A stretch of DNA of 64,000 nt from an uncultured delta proteobacterium (GTDB taxonomy: Bacteria; Desulfobacterota; Desulfuromonadia; Geobacterales; Pseudopelobacteraceae), in contig CAVYYZ010000001.1 of assembly GCA_963772835.1 (NCBI GenBank), positions 191,381 through 255,380 of the forward strand. The letters are read 5' to 3'. The position numbers and the translations under genes were made by a program. The notes below the pieces were generated by a model. That model made no database searches. It was not told the origin of the DNA and worked only from the letters and a program-made list of their open reading frames with translations. Of the stretch, positions 24,001 to 35,836 are shown one piece after another (the first letter of the stretch is position 1; the number at the start of each line of letters is the position of its first letter).

Positions 24001-27000
24001 TTCAACGCCGAAACATGGTACAGCCTTATACCTGACCCCGGTACCGGTGAGGGCAACCAGAAATCGTACATCTCCGCAGTGGCCTACTATGCCCATAATA
24101 CGGACTTGAGGAGTGGAGCAAGCGGTACCATGGGTACGGAGAAGGACGGAAAGCAGAATCTTACGCTGTACGGCATCTACTCCTTCGGGGCAGCCGGCGG
24201 CAGCCAGGCGCTCAAATCGGCCGCCAAGTACGGCGGGTACGAAGACAAAAATTCCAGCGGTGCGCCTGATGGCTCCTGTATCGGGGCTCCAGCGCCGGAA
24301 TGGTGCCAGGCCGGAAACGGCACACCGGACAACTATTTTGAGGCTGTTGATGGCGACACACTTGTCAATTCGATCATGACCGCCATGACCAGCATTCTCG
24401 CCAAGGTCTCTTCAGGTACGGCCGCCTCGATTCTCAGCAACAGCGAGGGAAGCGGCGCCAACCTGCTGCAGGCGGTGTTTTATCCCAACAAGATATTTGC
24501 GGACGGCACCCAGGTCGACTGGATCGGCGAGATGCAGAACCTCTGGTATTATGTCGATCCATTTATCGATGCCAGTACGGTGCGTGAAGATACCGACTTC
24601 ACCGCTTCGACCGCCGCCGGCGTTAAGCAGAACCATATACTTGAGCTTAAAAAAGATTATGCCGCACGCTTCTATTTTGACAAAACCGAAACACTCGTCG
24701 AACTCAAGCAGGATACTGACGGAAACGGTACCGGCGATGTAACGATCCAGTCCAAGGAGAACCCGGACAACGTCAAGAGCCTCTGGCGCGCCGGGAAAAA
24801 CCTCTGGGCAAAGTCGGCCGCATCGAGGACGGTTCATACCAGTATCGACGGGATATCGCTGTTATCAGCATCCGCTGCAGGCGGGGGGTTCTATGAAACA
24901 TCCACAACCGACTCAAGGGTGACGGCACTGCGGCCGTACCTTCAGGCCGCAAATGCCACGGAGGCAGTCAAGATAATAGATTTCGTACGAGGTACAGATC
25001 AGCCCGGATATCGTAACCGCGACGTGGCGTATGTTGACACACCTGCCACGACTCCGCCTACTTATACGCACAATATCTGGAAACTCGGCGATATTATCTC
25101 TTCAACTCCGAGAATTCAGTCTTCCATCAAGCTGAACAGCTACAACCTGGAGTACCCGGTCGGCTACAGCGACAAGAGCTATGGTGCGTTCATATCAAAG
25201 GATGCCTATAAGAACCGCGGCATGGTGTATGTCGGTGCAAATGACGGTATGCTTCACGCGTTCAAGCTCGGCAAGTTGACCGTAAGCGGCAAGTCGGATG
25301 TACCCGGTGCAACATCGGGAACATATCTGGATATTACCGGGGATGTAAAATCGACCCTGACCGGTACGAACCTCGGACAGGAGCAGTGGGCCTACATACC
25401 GCGCAATGCTCTGCCGTACCTGAAATATCTGTCAGACAAGGATAACTACAAACATCTGTATTACGTTGACGGCAGCACGACCCTGGTTGACGTATCCATA
25501 GAAAAACCGTACGGCTGCAATTCCAGCTACTGGGACTGCACCAAAGACACGACAGACGGCACCAACTGGAAAACCGTGCTGATCGGGAGCATGGGGCTGG
25601 GAGGTGCAACGCGCATAAAAGGCGATACTTGCAGTGAAGGCATCAAGACAGGAGTGTGCGTCAAGACACCGATATACGACCCTGCCGATGCTACCAATAA
25701 AACCGGTCTCGGCTATTCATCCTATTTCGCACTTGATATCACCAATCAGAACTTCGATGCCACCAGCGGCGCCCTGGCGGGGCAGCCGTCGCTCAAGTGG
25801 GAATTTTCGCACCCGGATTTAGGGTACTCCACGTCAGGGGCGGCGGTCGTGAGGATTAACGCCCAGAAGCAGATCCTGAACAGCGGTGGGAGCGTTATCG
25901 GCTACACGAGCGACTTCAGTAAGAACGGCAGATGGTATGCGGTGTTTGCGTCAGGTCCGACCGGGCCGATCGACGGAAATGAACGCCAGTTCTACGGCAA
26001 ATCGGACCAGACGTTGAAAATCTTCGTAGTGGATATCAATGCCACTCCGCCATTTGTGAAGGATTCGAACTACTGGATCATAGATACGCTGATACCCAAC
26101 GCATTCGGCGGTGCAATCACAAGCGCTGCAATTGATACGGACAGGTGGGACAGGAACAGCGGCGGCAACTATCAGGACGACGCCCTGTACATCGGCTACA
26201 CAAAGGCTCATATTGCGGGCGGTACACTTGATCCGGCCACGGATACCTGGACAGATGGCGGCGTGATCCGGATTTTAACCAGCGATTTCAAGGATACAAC
26301 TTCAAGTCTGAAAGATATGACTCCCGCTTCCTGGACGTGGAGCAAGGTTATCGAGGGGAGCAACGCCAACAATGTCGGCGCGATTACCAGCGGCATCGCC
26401 AAGCTGCAGGACCGAAAAAACAAGAAACTGTGGCTTTTCTTCGGCAGCGGCAGATTCTTCTCCGGCGCTGACGACAAGAGCAGCCAACGCAGGATCTACG
26501 GCGTTCAGGACGGCTGTTATTCCACAACCAACGGGCTGGACAAGGACTGCACCTCTGCAAGCACCGCTGTTTTGACGCTTGCGGATCTGAACAACCAGAG
26601 TACCGGTGCTGTTGATCCCACAATTACGGAAAAAGGGTGGTATATCAACCTGGCTGCAGAGGATACATCAACACAGATGGGTGCCGAACGGGCCATTACC
26701 GAACCGGTGGCCATGACCAACGGGGCTGTCTACTTCACTACCTTCAAGCCGACGGCAAATGTGTGCAATTTCGGCGGCGATTCGTTCCTCTGGGGTGTGA
26801 ACTACGGAACGGGGGGAGAGCTTCCTGCAGCAGCCAGGACGGGAAAAATCCTGGTTCAGGTCTCTACCGGTGCTTTCGAGGAGATCTCGATCAAAGAGGC
26901 TCTTACGGCTGAAGGGAACAGACGGCTTGGAACGCCGATGACAGGCAAACCGCCTTCAGATCCGCCGCCGGTCATCAGCAACGCAAACAACAAGCCGCCC

Positions 27001-27030
27001 AAGAAAATTCTGCATCTTCAGGAAAAGTGA
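21006..27030 (+). CDS. pilY1: PilY1-type pilus tip adhesin, about 2000 aa (one +1 frameshift near 23490, probably a sequencing error)
   Basis: Joins ORFs 20919..23591 and 23161..27030 at AGGGTGTCTGATT; removing one base gives ..RRVLIGG... Contains vWA MIDAS DNSGSM, TPLAESLYEA, and PilC beta-propeller motifs WKLGDIISS, YVGANDGMLHAF and YYVDG. Precedes fimU-pilVWX. Confidence 0.88.
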
Positions 27031-27031
27031 T

Positions 27032-27535
27032 ATGAGGAAAAGCGCCGGATTTTCATTGGTTGAACTGATAATCACGATCGCCATTATGGCGATCGTGATG
27101 AGCATATCCACCATGTCATTCAACTCATGGGTCAAAAAGAGTCATATTGAAAAACAGATACGGGAGCTTTTCACCGATCTTTCAGAAGCACGGTCGCGGG
27201 CGTTTCACGAAAAGAAACGCTTCAGGGTGACATTTCAGCCAAGCGGCTATGTAATAAAAAATTACAGCTCTGAAGCCGAGCCGGCTACAGCCGGAAAAAC
27301 GATTTCCGATAAATCTCTCAAATTCGGGCTGACTTCAAAAAACGCCTCGGGCAGTGACCTGGCGGTAGACATCACTGACAAGTTTGTCGAGTTTGACACC
27401 AGAGGGTGGGCCCAGAACAATTTCACGGTCATCGTGAATCCACTGACAGTGGATTCAGCTTTGAACTGCCTGGTGATCTACGACACCAGGGTTAATATGG
27501 GGAAAATTAATGGAACTGCGTGTCGATTTAAATAA
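27032..27535 (+). CDS. fimU: Minor pilin FimU/FimT
   Basis: Class III signal AGFSLVELIIT. Confidence 0.8.
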   Translation: MRKSAGFSLVELIITIAIMAIVMSISTMSFNSWVKKSHIEKQIRELFTDLSEARSRAFHEKKRFRVTFQPSGYVIKNYSSEAEPATAGKTISDKSLKFGLTSKNASGSDLAVDITDKFVEFDTRGWAQNNFTVIVNPLTVDSALNCLVIYDTRVNMGKINGTACRFK

Positions 27536-27902
27536 GCAGAGCGGGTTTACGCTGATTGAGTTCTGTGTCGCAACTCTTATCATGATGGTAGGGATTCTCG
27601 GCCTCCTGCAGGCGGTCAATATGGCTACGTCGCAGAATCTGTCGACTGTCGTTCGAAAAGAGGCAACAATGATCGCTGACGAGCAGATGGTTGCGACAAA
27701 GTACGGAAATTATACGAGTGTCAAGAGCGGGAGTCTGTCGGTGGCACCAAGGAAAATCCGTGGCGGCTACAGCAACTATTCCGTGTTTCGTACCGTGACA
27801 GCTGCCGGTCCAAGTTCCAAGGAAGTGACCATCTCGGTGAGATATAGATTGAAGAACAAAATTCAAAGTCATGCGATTTCAACTCTTGTGGTGCAGCCAT
27901 GA
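27510..27902 (+). CDS. pilV: Minor pilin PilV
   Basis: QSGFTLIEF class III signal; gene order. Confidence 0.8.
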   Translation: MELRVDLNKQSGFTLIEFCVATLIMMVGILGLLQAVNMATSQNLSTVVRKEATMIADEQMVATKYGNYTSVKSGSLSVAPRKIRGGYSNYSVFRTVTAAGPSSKEVTISVRYRLKNKIQSHAISTLVVQP

Positions 27903-29152
27903 AAAAATGCAGAACCATACATACGGTGTCTAACCGCCTGGGTTTTACCCTAATCGAGATGATGGTCACCATGGCGCTGGTCATGGGCGTATTAATGATT
28001 ACCACAGGCGCTTTTGAATCGATTCTCAAAACAACAGCCAAGGTTACGTCGAGTGAAGAGAGTAATATCGAAGGGGTGATCGGCCTTGAAATGTTCCGCC
28101 ACGACATTCAGCAGACAGGATTCGGTGTGCCGGGTGCTTTTCTTTCGCCTGCACCGGTGTATACCGAGGCAGGCTTTGCGCCTGCAAACAAACTCAACGA
28201 TGCCCCGAGCGGAATTCCGCGACCGATCGCTTCGTGGGATGCTCTTGTCGGGGCTACGGACACCGTTAGTTCAGTGACCTATTCCGTACTGGATAACAGT
28301 GATTATCTTGCCATCAAGGCGTCTACCGTTGGTACCAATAAGCATGCACAGAAATGGACCTACCTGAATTACTCTGCCGGCGGAAAAGCGGCAAAAAGAT
28401 GGCCGAGTGCCGCGGATAATCTGACTGATGGTGTAAGTAGTGTCCTTGTGATCAACCGCTCTTTCAGTTCATCAGGCCAGGTACTCAATACACTTATATA
28501 CGATGTTGCCACTCCCGATACATTCTGGACTACGTTTCCAGCCAACCTTTTCACAACCAGCTTCAGTCCTACTGACCCCTCACAGACATATTATGTGTAC
28601 GGCATAGGTGAAGCACCTTCGTCCGGTTTAAGGATGCCTTTCAATCGTGTTGATTATTTCGTGGCGAGGCCGTCTGATGCGTCGCAGGTGCCGTCAACCT
28701 GTGCGAGCAACACCGGCATACTGTACAAGGCGACTGTCAATCATAGTGACGGCAAACTAAACTATATGCCTCTTCTGGATTGCGTCGCCGACATGCAGCT
28801 GGTTTTCGGGTGGGATACCCAGTCAAATGGAATCATCACAGAGTCATCGGCGTATAACAGCGATGTTACGAAGATATCGGTTTCAGGCATAGCAACCACG
28901 GCGGAAATTAAAGCAATTATGGAGGATGCCAACGAAATCCGCAGTAAACTGAAGTATATCAAGGTGTTTGTCATGGCCCAGGAAGGGAGAAAAGACACCG
29001 GGTACAGTAACAGTTCTAAAATTGTGGTTGGAGAGGTTGAATCAATCACGAACGGCTATGATCTGACCGCTCTCGGTACGAAAGGGTGGTTAAATTATCG
29101 CTGGAAAATATATCGTATGTTTATTAAACCAAAGAATTTATCCCAGAGCTGA
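27899..29152 (+). CDS. pilW: Minor pilin PilW
   Basis: LGFTLIEMMV; FRHDIQQTGFG. Confidence 0.82.
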   Translation: MKKCRTIHTVSNRLGFTLIEMMVTMALVMGVLMITTGAFESILKTTAKVTSSEESNIEGVIGLEMFRHDIQQTGFGVPGAFLSPAPVYTEAGFAPANKLNDAPSGIPRPIASWDALVGATDTVSSVTYSVLDNSDYLAIKASTVGTNKHAQKWTYLNYSAGGKAAKRWPSAADNLTDGVSSVLVINRSFSSSGQVLNTLIYDVATPDTFWTTFPANLFTTSFSPTDPSQTYYVYGIGEAPSSGLRMPFNRVDYFVARPSDASQVPSTCASNTGILYKATVNHSDGKLNYMPLLDCVADMQLVFGWDTQSNGIITESSAYNSDVTKISVSGIATTAEIKAIMEDANEIRSKLKYIKVFVMAQEGRKDTGYSNSSKIVVGEVESITNGYDLTALGTKGWLNYRWKIYRMFIKPKNLSQS

Positions 29153-29169
29153 ATTAACGAGATACTTAC

Positions 29170-29835
29170 ATGAAAATCATGCACAATAACAAAGGTATGG
29201 CGCTCGTTACCGCCTTGATGCTGACATTGATCTCGCTGACGATCGTCATGTATCTGCTTTACATGGTAACAGCAGGCGTGAAACAGTCGGGTGCGGGAAA
29301 ACGCTATAAAACGGCTCTCGAAGCTTCATATGGCGGAGTTGACATAATGACAAAAGAGCTTGTGCCGGCCATGTTTTCAATTCTTTCCAACCCTGCTAAC
29401 TCCGGCACCCTCGATACACTATTTAAGGCTAATTTTCCGATGTTAAATGGACTACAAACATCAGGAAATGTTTGTCTCCAGGAGAAATTAACAAAGCCGC
29501 CGGAACAATGGAGCGTTTCCTGCAGTAAGACCATGGATCCCAAAGCGGGATTTGATGTTTCCATCAACCTCAATTCGTCGGTATCTGATCCGTACATCGT
29601 CTACAGTAAAATTGTTGATTCCGCCTGTTCTGACAAACGGCCGTATCCTGATGGTAAATGCACCGGCAGCGATCTCTCCGGGATTGATTATCTTGACGCC
29701 GGCACCAGTGTCTCCGGCTCCAGTTCCGGGGTTACGACAAAGCCGATGCCGGCAATATACAGAATAGAAGTGCGTGCAGAACGTGCGTCCAATCCTCAGG
29801 AAAAATCCAATCTGTCGCTGTTGTACGCATATTGA
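29170..29835 (+). CDS. pilX: Minor pilin PilX
   Basis: KGMALVTAL (no Glu at +5, as is typical of PilX); ALEASYGG. Confidence 0.82.
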   Translation: MKIMHNNKGMALVTALMLTLISLTIVMYLLYMVTAGVKQSGAGKRYKTALEASYGGVDIMTKELVPAMFSILSNPANSGTLDTLFKANFPMLNGLQTSGNVCLQEKLTKPPEQWSVSCSKTMDPKAGFDVSINLNSSVSDPYIVYSKIVDSACSDKRPYPDGKCTGSDLSGIDYLDAGTSVSGSSSGVTTKPMPAIYRIEVRAERASNPQEKSNLSLLYAY

Positions 29836-30065
29836 CCGGTTTTCACTACAGCACTCCCGTCCTGTCAGGCGGCGGTATTGTCGGTATCAAAAAAAATCTG
29901 ATCACCATCCCTTTTTAAAAACACGTGGTATACTGTCGGTACGACCGAAATACACCTGAAGTTTTTTTTCATCTTATGCATAGTTATGCAGAATTAGCTT
30001 GACATGTAGCTGAATTGTAGTAAATGTCTCATAAACTATTGATAGTTTATGGGATGTCACAACCT

Positions 30066-30272
30066 ATGAAAATGAAAAATAACGTGAAAGTGATTCGAGA
30101 ATCCAGATTGCTGAGCAAGTCAGAACTTGCCCGCAAGGCTGGTGTTTCCGTCTTGACGGTTGGCAGGATTGAGCGGGGCGAAGAGTGCCGGATGGAGACC
30201 ATGCGGAAGATTATTCTGGCGCTCGGATACAGTCTTGAGGACAAAAGTAAAGTATTTCAGGATCAGGGATAA
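30066..30272 (+). CDS. XRE-family HTH protein
   Basis: IRESRLLSKSELARKAGVSVLTVGRIERG; immediately upstream of pilM. Start codon uncertain. Confidence 0.85.
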   Translation: MKMKNNVKVIRESRLLSKSELARKAGVSVLTVGRIERGEECRMETMRKIILALGYSLEDKSKVFQDQG

Positions 30273-30283
30273 CGGGACCGCAT

Positions 30284-31339
30284 ATGTTTCTTTTCAAAAA
30301 GAAAAAAGAGGTCATCGGGATAGACATCGGGTCAAGTTCCGTCAAGGTGGTTCAGCTGAAGGACAATAAAGGGTCCTTTCAGTTGCTGAATGTCGGCATT
30401 TTTCCCCTACCGCCCGAGGCGATTGTTGATAACACCCTGATGGACAGTGCTGCAATTGCCACTGCCATAAAAAAACTGGTCGGAAGCCTTGGTATAAAGA
30501 TTAAGGATGTGGTCTGCTCCATCTCGGGGAACTCGGTCATTATCCGGAAAATAGTGCTTCCTGCAATGCCTCAGGAAGAGCTGGAAGACCAGATCTCATG
30601 GGAAGCCGAACAGTACATCCCCTTTGATATTAATGATGTAAATATGGATTTTCAGATATTGTCCCCCGATTCTCATGACCCCTCAAAGATGAATGTCCTG
30701 CTGGTTGCCAGCAAAAAAGATATTATTAACGATTATGTATCGGTCTTCAGTGAAGCAGGGATGCAGCTTGCGGTTGTCGATGTCGATTCCTTTGCCGTTC
30801 AGAACGCTTTTGAAACTAATCACGACTACAGCTCCGAAGATATTCTCGCCCTGGTAAATATCGGCGCCAGTGTCATGAATATCAACGTCATTAAGGACGG
30901 CATAACGCTGTTCACCAGAGATGTTCAGATGGGCGGAAATCTTTACACCGAAGAAATTCAGAAGCAGCTCGGGTTGAGCAGTACAGAAGCGGAAACCGGT
31001 AAGCTGCTTGCGTATGAGTCGGGAAATGAACCGTTGCGAAAGGTCATCGTAAAGGTTAACGAAACCATCACAAACGAAATCAGACGATCACTTGACTTTT
31101 ATAATTCAACGGCAAGCGAAGAGCGCATTTCTGCCGTGTATATCAGCGGCGGATGTGCAAAGGTCTACAAACTTGACGACACCATTGCTGAAAAGATCGG
31201 TCTTCAGGTTGAAAAAATCAATCCGTTTGCAAAGCTGAAATATGCCGAAAAGGATTTTGACCCTGCATACCTTGAGGAGATCGGACCATTCATGGCGGTA
31301 CCGGTCGGGCTTGCTGTCAGGAGGGTAGGGGACAAATGA
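30284..31339 (+). CDS. pilM: Type IV pilus assembly protein PilM
   Basis: IGIDIGSSSVK, WEAEQYIPF and VNIGAS (actin-like fold). Confidence 0.96.
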   Translation: MFLFKKKKEVIGIDIGSSSVKVVQLKDNKGSFQLLNVGIFPLPPEAIVDNTLMDSAAIATAIKKLVGSLGIKIKDVVCSISGNSVIIRKIVLPAMPQEELEDQISWEAEQYIPFDINDVNMDFQILSPDSHDPSKMNVLLVASKKDIINDYVSVFSEAGMQLAVVDVDSFAVQNAFETNHDYSSEDILALVNIGASVMNINVIKDGITLFTRDVQMGGNLYTEEIQKQLGLSSTEAETGKLLAYESGNEPLRKVIVKVNETITNEIRRSLDFYNSTASEERISAVYISGGCAKVYKLDDTIAEKIGLQVEKINPFAKLKYAEKDFDPAYLEEIGPFMAVPVGLAVRRVGDK

Positions 31340-31872
31340 TTAAAATCAATCTTTTACCCGTCAGGGCTGCCAAGAAGAAGGAAACCGCAATTCAGCAGGT
31401 GGTCATTGCAGTCGTTGCTGTCATTCTGATCGCCCTGGTTGTGGCATCGCTGTATACCGTCAAACGTGTCCAGATTGCCGCAACCAGAGATGATATCGCG
31501 ACGGCCAATAAAAAAATTGCGGAACTTAAAACGAAAATCGGGAAACTTGAAGAGCTGAAGACCCTGAAAGAGCAGGTTAAGAAAAAACTCGATGTGCTCG
31601 CACAGCTCCGGAAAAATAAAATCGGGCCGGCGCAGAGATTGGCGAGCCTGAGTGACCTGACTCCCGATCAGCTGTGGCTCACAAGTTATAATGAAGCGGG
31701 TCCGATTGTGAAAATATCGGGTATCGCATTTACGGAAGATCTGATCGCACAGTTTATGAAGTCTCTTGAAGCGTCAAACGATTTTGCAGCGGTAGAGCTG
31801 GTGGTATCCGAGCAGACAGAAATCGGCGGAACAAAACTCAAGAAATTCGATATATCGATGAAGCTGGAGTAA
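31336..31872 (+). CDS. pilN: PilN
   Basis: MIKINLLP motif, TM helix, coiled coil. Confidence 0.95.
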   Translation: MIKINLLPVRAAKKKETAIQQVVIAVVAVILIALVVASLYTVKRVQIAATRDDIATANKKIAELKTKIGKLEELKTLKEQVKKKLDVLAQLRKNKIGPAQRLASLSDLTPDQLWLTSYNEAGPIVKISGIAFTEDLIAQFMKSLEASNDFAAVELVVSEQTEIGGTKLKKFDISMKLE

Positions 31873-31940
31873 GCGGCACTGTTCTCTCCGTCTGGCGCAG
31901 CAGGTAAAAAAATAACGCACATCATGCAGGTGGTCTGAAT

Positions 31941-32549
31941 ATGGATCCTAATGTAGAGAAAATACTCAAGCTCCCGGCAAAACAGAAGATTCTGATTCTT
32001 GTTCTGATTTCCGTTATCGAGGCTGCAGCATTGGTATGGTTTCTGTATCTTCCTAAGCACCAGGAACTGACGGGAGTCAAGGCGGAGCTCGCCAAACTTG
32101 AGACTGAAATTACCGATAAAACCAGGATCGTAAATAATCTTCCAAAACTGCAGATAGAATATGATCAGCTGAATCAGGAGCTGGCGCTGGCCTTGACGGA
32201 ACTTCCCAACTCAAAAGAGATCCCGTCGCTGCTGACCAGCATAACCTCTCTGGGTAAAAACGCCGGCCTCGATTTTTTGACGTTCCGTCCCAAAGGAGAG
32301 GTCACCAAAGACTTTTATGCCGATGTTCCGGTTGATATTGTTATTTCAGGTTCATATTACAGTGTGGCCAATTTCTTTGCCGCCGTTGCAAACCTGCCGC
32401 GGATTGTTAACATCACCAACGTTGCGTTTTCCGATATCAGGAGTGTCAATAATCGTATGATGACCAAGGTTTCATGTCTTGCCACGACATTCCGCTTCCT
32501 TGATAGAAAAGAGATTAAGGATGATAAAAATGCTGCTCCCAAAAAATAG
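31941..32549 (+). CDS. pilO: PilO
   Basis: LPNSKEIPSLL, FYADVPVDI and LPRIVNI. Confidence 0.95.
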   Translation: MDPNVEKILKLPAKQKILILVLISVIEAAALVWFLYLPKHQELTGVKAELAKLETEITDKTRIVNNLPKLQIEYDQLNQELALALTELPNSKEIPSLLTSITSLGKNAGLDFLTFRPKGEVTKDFYADVPVDIVISGSYYSVANFFAAVANLPRIVNITNVAFSDIRSVNNRMMTKVSCLATTFRFLDRKEIKDDKNAAPKK

Positions 32550-33081
32550 GCTGTTACTGCTTCCTGCCGTTGTTTTTGCCACTGTGCTGGTGTGTGCCGC
32601 GTGCGACAAAAAACAACCGCCCGCACCTCCTGCCCAGCCCCAGCAGGCAGCCGTTATTCCGCCGAAACCTGTCCAGAAACCGGTCAGTTCGGCACTGCGT
32701 CTCCCGGCAGCCCCTGTCAACCAGTTTGACTTCAGCAATAAAAAAGATCCGTTCAAACCGTTCGTGATTGTTAAAGCTGAGCAGAAATCGTCGCCGGAAG
32801 CGATGAAGAAAGCCCGCTATAACGCGTTGCCGATTCACAGTTTTGACGTCAGTCAGTTCAGGCTGATTGGAATAATCACCGGCGGCCGGGAAAATCAGGC
32901 AATGGTGACGGACCCTTCCGGCAAAGGGTACGTATTGAAAGTCGGCATGTCGATAGGAAAAAACGATGGCAAAGTTGTTGCAATAAATGCCGGCGGAGTG
33001 GACATTCTTGAACAGTTCAGAGATGACAATGGCAGGGTCCGGAAAGAGAATATAAAACTTACCCTTCCCAGGAAACAATAA
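32521..33081 (+). CDS. pilP: PilP lipoprotein
   Basis: Lipobox-like CAAC, KKDPFKP, FRLIGII and GMSIGKNDG. Start is 32521 or 32530. Confidence 0.9.
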   Translation: MIKMLLPKNRLLLLPAVVFATVLVCAACDKKQPPAPPAQPQQAAVIPPKPVQKPVSSALRLPAAPVNQFDFSNKKDPFKPFVIVKAEQKSSPEAMKKARYNALPIHSFDVSQFRLIGIITGGRENQAMVTDPSGKGYVLKVGMSIGKNDGKVVAINAGGVDILEQFRDDNGRVRKENIKLTLPRKQ

Positions 33082-33091
33082 GGAGTTCCGT

Positions 33092-35836
33092 ATGCAGTGG
33101 AAGAAACATACATTGAGAATTGCGCTCACTTCATTTTCAATATTTATAAGCTGTTTAGCCTCCTCACCGGGTGTTGCTCAATCTGCCGGGCAGAAGGGGG
33201 CACAAAAACTTGCCGGTATTGAATCTATTGTGGCGACAGGTGATGGTCCGGCCACTGAACTGACTATACAACTGACCTCACGGGCAACCTATACAAGCTA
33301 CAAAACAACATCGCCACTTCGACTCGTTGTTGATTTATCACAGGTTGCGCCGGGAAAGATCACCGCACCGATACATGTTGACAAAGGGAACTTCAAAACG
33401 GTTTCAGCACATCGCTTTGATACCGATGCAGGAGTGTTGACCCGTGTGGAGATTGAGCTTGTCAGTGACAGGGAAGCCCTCATAACCGAGTCGCCGGCCA
33501 ATTCGGGCGAGTTGAAAATTTCATTTACTGCGGCTCCGGAAGATGCCGCTGCCGTAGTACCGGCTGAAACCGCCGCTGCAGCGCCTGCCGTTTCTGAAAC
33601 ACCGCCGGTTGCTTCCGCTCCGGGGTATGACGCATTATTCCGGACTCTGACAGCCATTTCGGTCGCCAACAATACGATTACCCTCTCGCTTGACGGCATG
33701 GTCAGCGACTTCAAAACGTTCAGGCTTAACAAGCCGGAACGGTATGTTATCGATCTGATGAATACCAGAAGCGCCCTGTCGACCCGCCTGCTTCCGCTAA
33801 ACGCGTCCGGCGTCGCATCCGCACGTCTCGGCCTGTATCCGGACAAGGTGCGTATCGTTCTTGATGCCGTAAACGGTAGTTTCCCGGAAGCAACCGCAGT
33901 CAAAAACGAGAGCGGAGTTGTCATTACTCTCGATGGAAAAACTGCTGATGAAAATACCAATACAAAACTTACCGCCACACGGTCGGAAAAACCCGCTGCG
34001 GAAAAAAACGCACCTGCAACTGAGCCGGTCGTACCGGTTGTGATGCCGAAAGCACCCCCGGAAGTGAAACATGAAGTGAAGCCGGAAGCTGCAAAAAAGG
34101 ACGTTCCCGTTACACATCTCCCCGTAGCTGCGGGTACGGCGGTAAAAAAGGGCGGCCCTTCAACAGTCGAGATGATAGACTTTCAGGTTGTTAACGGCAT
34201 ATCGAGAATATCAGTCAGGGTAACCGGCGCCATGCCTGCTGACAAACCGGTAAAGTCGCCCGGATTCGTTGCTCTGACGCTCAAAAATACGACGCTGCCG
34301 AAAAATCTGCAGCGCTCTCTTGAAACCCGTTCGTTTGTGACTCCGGTACTGCGCGTGACGCCTCTGTCGATTAAGTACAAAAATGGCGTTAATACAAAAA
34401 TCCTCATCGCTCTCCGCGTCGCCGCACCGTTTGAGTATCGTACGGAAGGGGACATGATTTATATCGACTTCAAGCATCCGGAAAATTTGTCCGGCAACAA
34501 GCTGATTATTGAGGCGATGGAACAGAAGAGCGCCGCCGAACCGCCGAAGGCGGCGGTAACCCGTGAAGAGAAGATCGCGGCCGCTCTGGCACCCGCTGCC
34601 GAGACTGACAGCCAGCCGTATGGCGCCGCTCACACGTACACCGGGCGTAAAGTCACTCTCGAATTTGCAGATGCCGAGGTGCGGAAAATATTTCAACTCC
34701 TGGCAGAGGTCAGCAACAAAAACTTTGTACTGGGTGATGAAGTTACCGGAGCTATCAGCCTCAAGCTCGTAAATGTTCCGTGGGACCAGGCTCTGGATAT
34801 AATACTTGATACAAAAGGGCTCGATAAGCGTGAAGAGGGCAATATCATTCTTATCAAAGGCAAGGGACGGTTCAAATCCCAGGCGGATGAAGAGCTGGAG
34901 ATCAAGAAAACCCTCGCCAAGGGCATAGAACTGAAAACCGAAATATTCAGCGTGAACTATTCGGATGTCGCGACAATCTCCTCACAGTTCAACAGCCTGA
35001 AGAGCGACCGGGGCATGATAACGATCGATTCCCGTACCGGCACTGTTATTGTTAAAGACATCCCTACAGCGATAGAGGATATGCGAAGACTGCTGAAACA
35101 GCTCGATGTTCCCGAACGTCAGGTCATGATCGAGGCCCGCATTGTCGAGGCGACCTCCACCTTTACCCGCAGCCTCGGCGTGAACTGGGGAATGCATTAT
35201 CGTGACGGCTCTTCATCGTTTCTCGGAATCAATCAGATGGATTCCAGTTTCGGCGGGCTTGCCAACGCACCTCCCACAAGCGGGGCGAGCGGAACTCCCG
35301 GCGGGACAATGGGGCTCTCCTTCGGGAAACTGTTGGGCAATATCTCTCTCGATATGCGTCTGAACGCAGCTGCCAGCGCCGGCATGATCAAGATCATATC
35401 ATCGCCGAAGGTCGCGACACTCAACCATAAGCCGGCAAAGATTTCACAGGGTCAGCAGATCCCCTATCAGAACACGACCTCGACGACCGGTGCGGTTACG
35501 GCGTTCGTAGCCGCAACCCTGTCACTGGAAGTAACTCCGCATATCAACGCCAACGGCACAATCATCATGAAAATCGATGCGAAAAACGATGCTCCCGGTA
35601 CCGGCAATCCGCCACCGATCAACACGAAACAGGCGACAACCGAACTGCTGCTGAAAGACGGTGAAACTACCGTTATCGGCGGAATCTTTGTTGACAGCGA
35701 GCAGGAGGGGGATGACGGCGTCCCCTATCTGATGGATATTCCGTTCATCGGCAACCTGTTCAAGTCCAATGTAAAAACCAAGACCAAGACCGAGCTGCTG
35801 ATTTTCATTACACCAAGAATTCTTGGAAACAGTTGA
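33092..35836 (+). CDS. pilQ: Type IV pilus secretin PilQ with AMIN domains
   Basis: PLRLVVDL (AMIN), YTGRKVTLEF, VPWDQALD, QVMIEARIVE and ELLIFITPRI. Confidence 0.97.
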   Translation: MQWKKHTLRIALTSFSIFISCLASSPGVAQSAGQKGAQKLAGIESIVATGDGPATELTIQLTSRATYTSYKTTSPLRLVVDLSQVAPGKITAPIHVDKGNFKTVSAHRFDTDAGVLTRVEIELVSDREALITESPANSGELKISFTAAPEDAAAVVPAETAAAAPAVSETPPVASAPGYDALFRTLTAISVANNTITLSLDGMVSDFKTFRLNKPERYVIDLMNTRSALSTRLLPLNASGVASARLGLYPDKVRIVLDAVNGSFPEATAVKNESGVVITLDGKTADENTNTKLTATRSEKPAAEKNAPATEPVVPVVMPKAPPEVKHEVKPEAAKKDVPVTHLPVAAGTAVKKGGPSTVEMIDFQVVNGISRISVRVTGAMPADKPVKSPGFVALTLKNTTLPKNLQRSLETRSFVTPVLRVTPLSIKYKNGVNTKILIALRVAAPFEYRTEGDMIYIDFKHPENLSGNKLIIEAMEQKSAAEPPKAAVTREEKIAAALAPAAETDSQPYGAAHTYTGRKVTLEFADAEVRKIFQLLAEVSNKNFVLGDEVTGAISLKLVNVPWDQALDIILDTKGLDKREEGNIILIKGKGRFKSQADEELEIKKTLAKGIELKTEIFSVNYSDVATISSQFNSLKSDRGMITIDSRTGTVIVKDIPTAIEDMRRLLKQLDVPERQVMIEARIVEATSTFTRSLGVNWGMHYRDGSSSFLGINQMDSSFGGLANAPPTSGASGTPGGTMGLSFGKLLGNISLDMRLNAAASAGMIKIISSPKVATLNHKPAKISQGQQIPYQNTTSTTGAVTAFVAATLSLEVTPHINANGTIIMKIDAKNDAPGTGNPPPINTKQATTELLLKDGETTVIGGIFVDSEQEGDDGVPYLMDIPFIGNLFKSNVKTKTKTELLIFITPRILGNS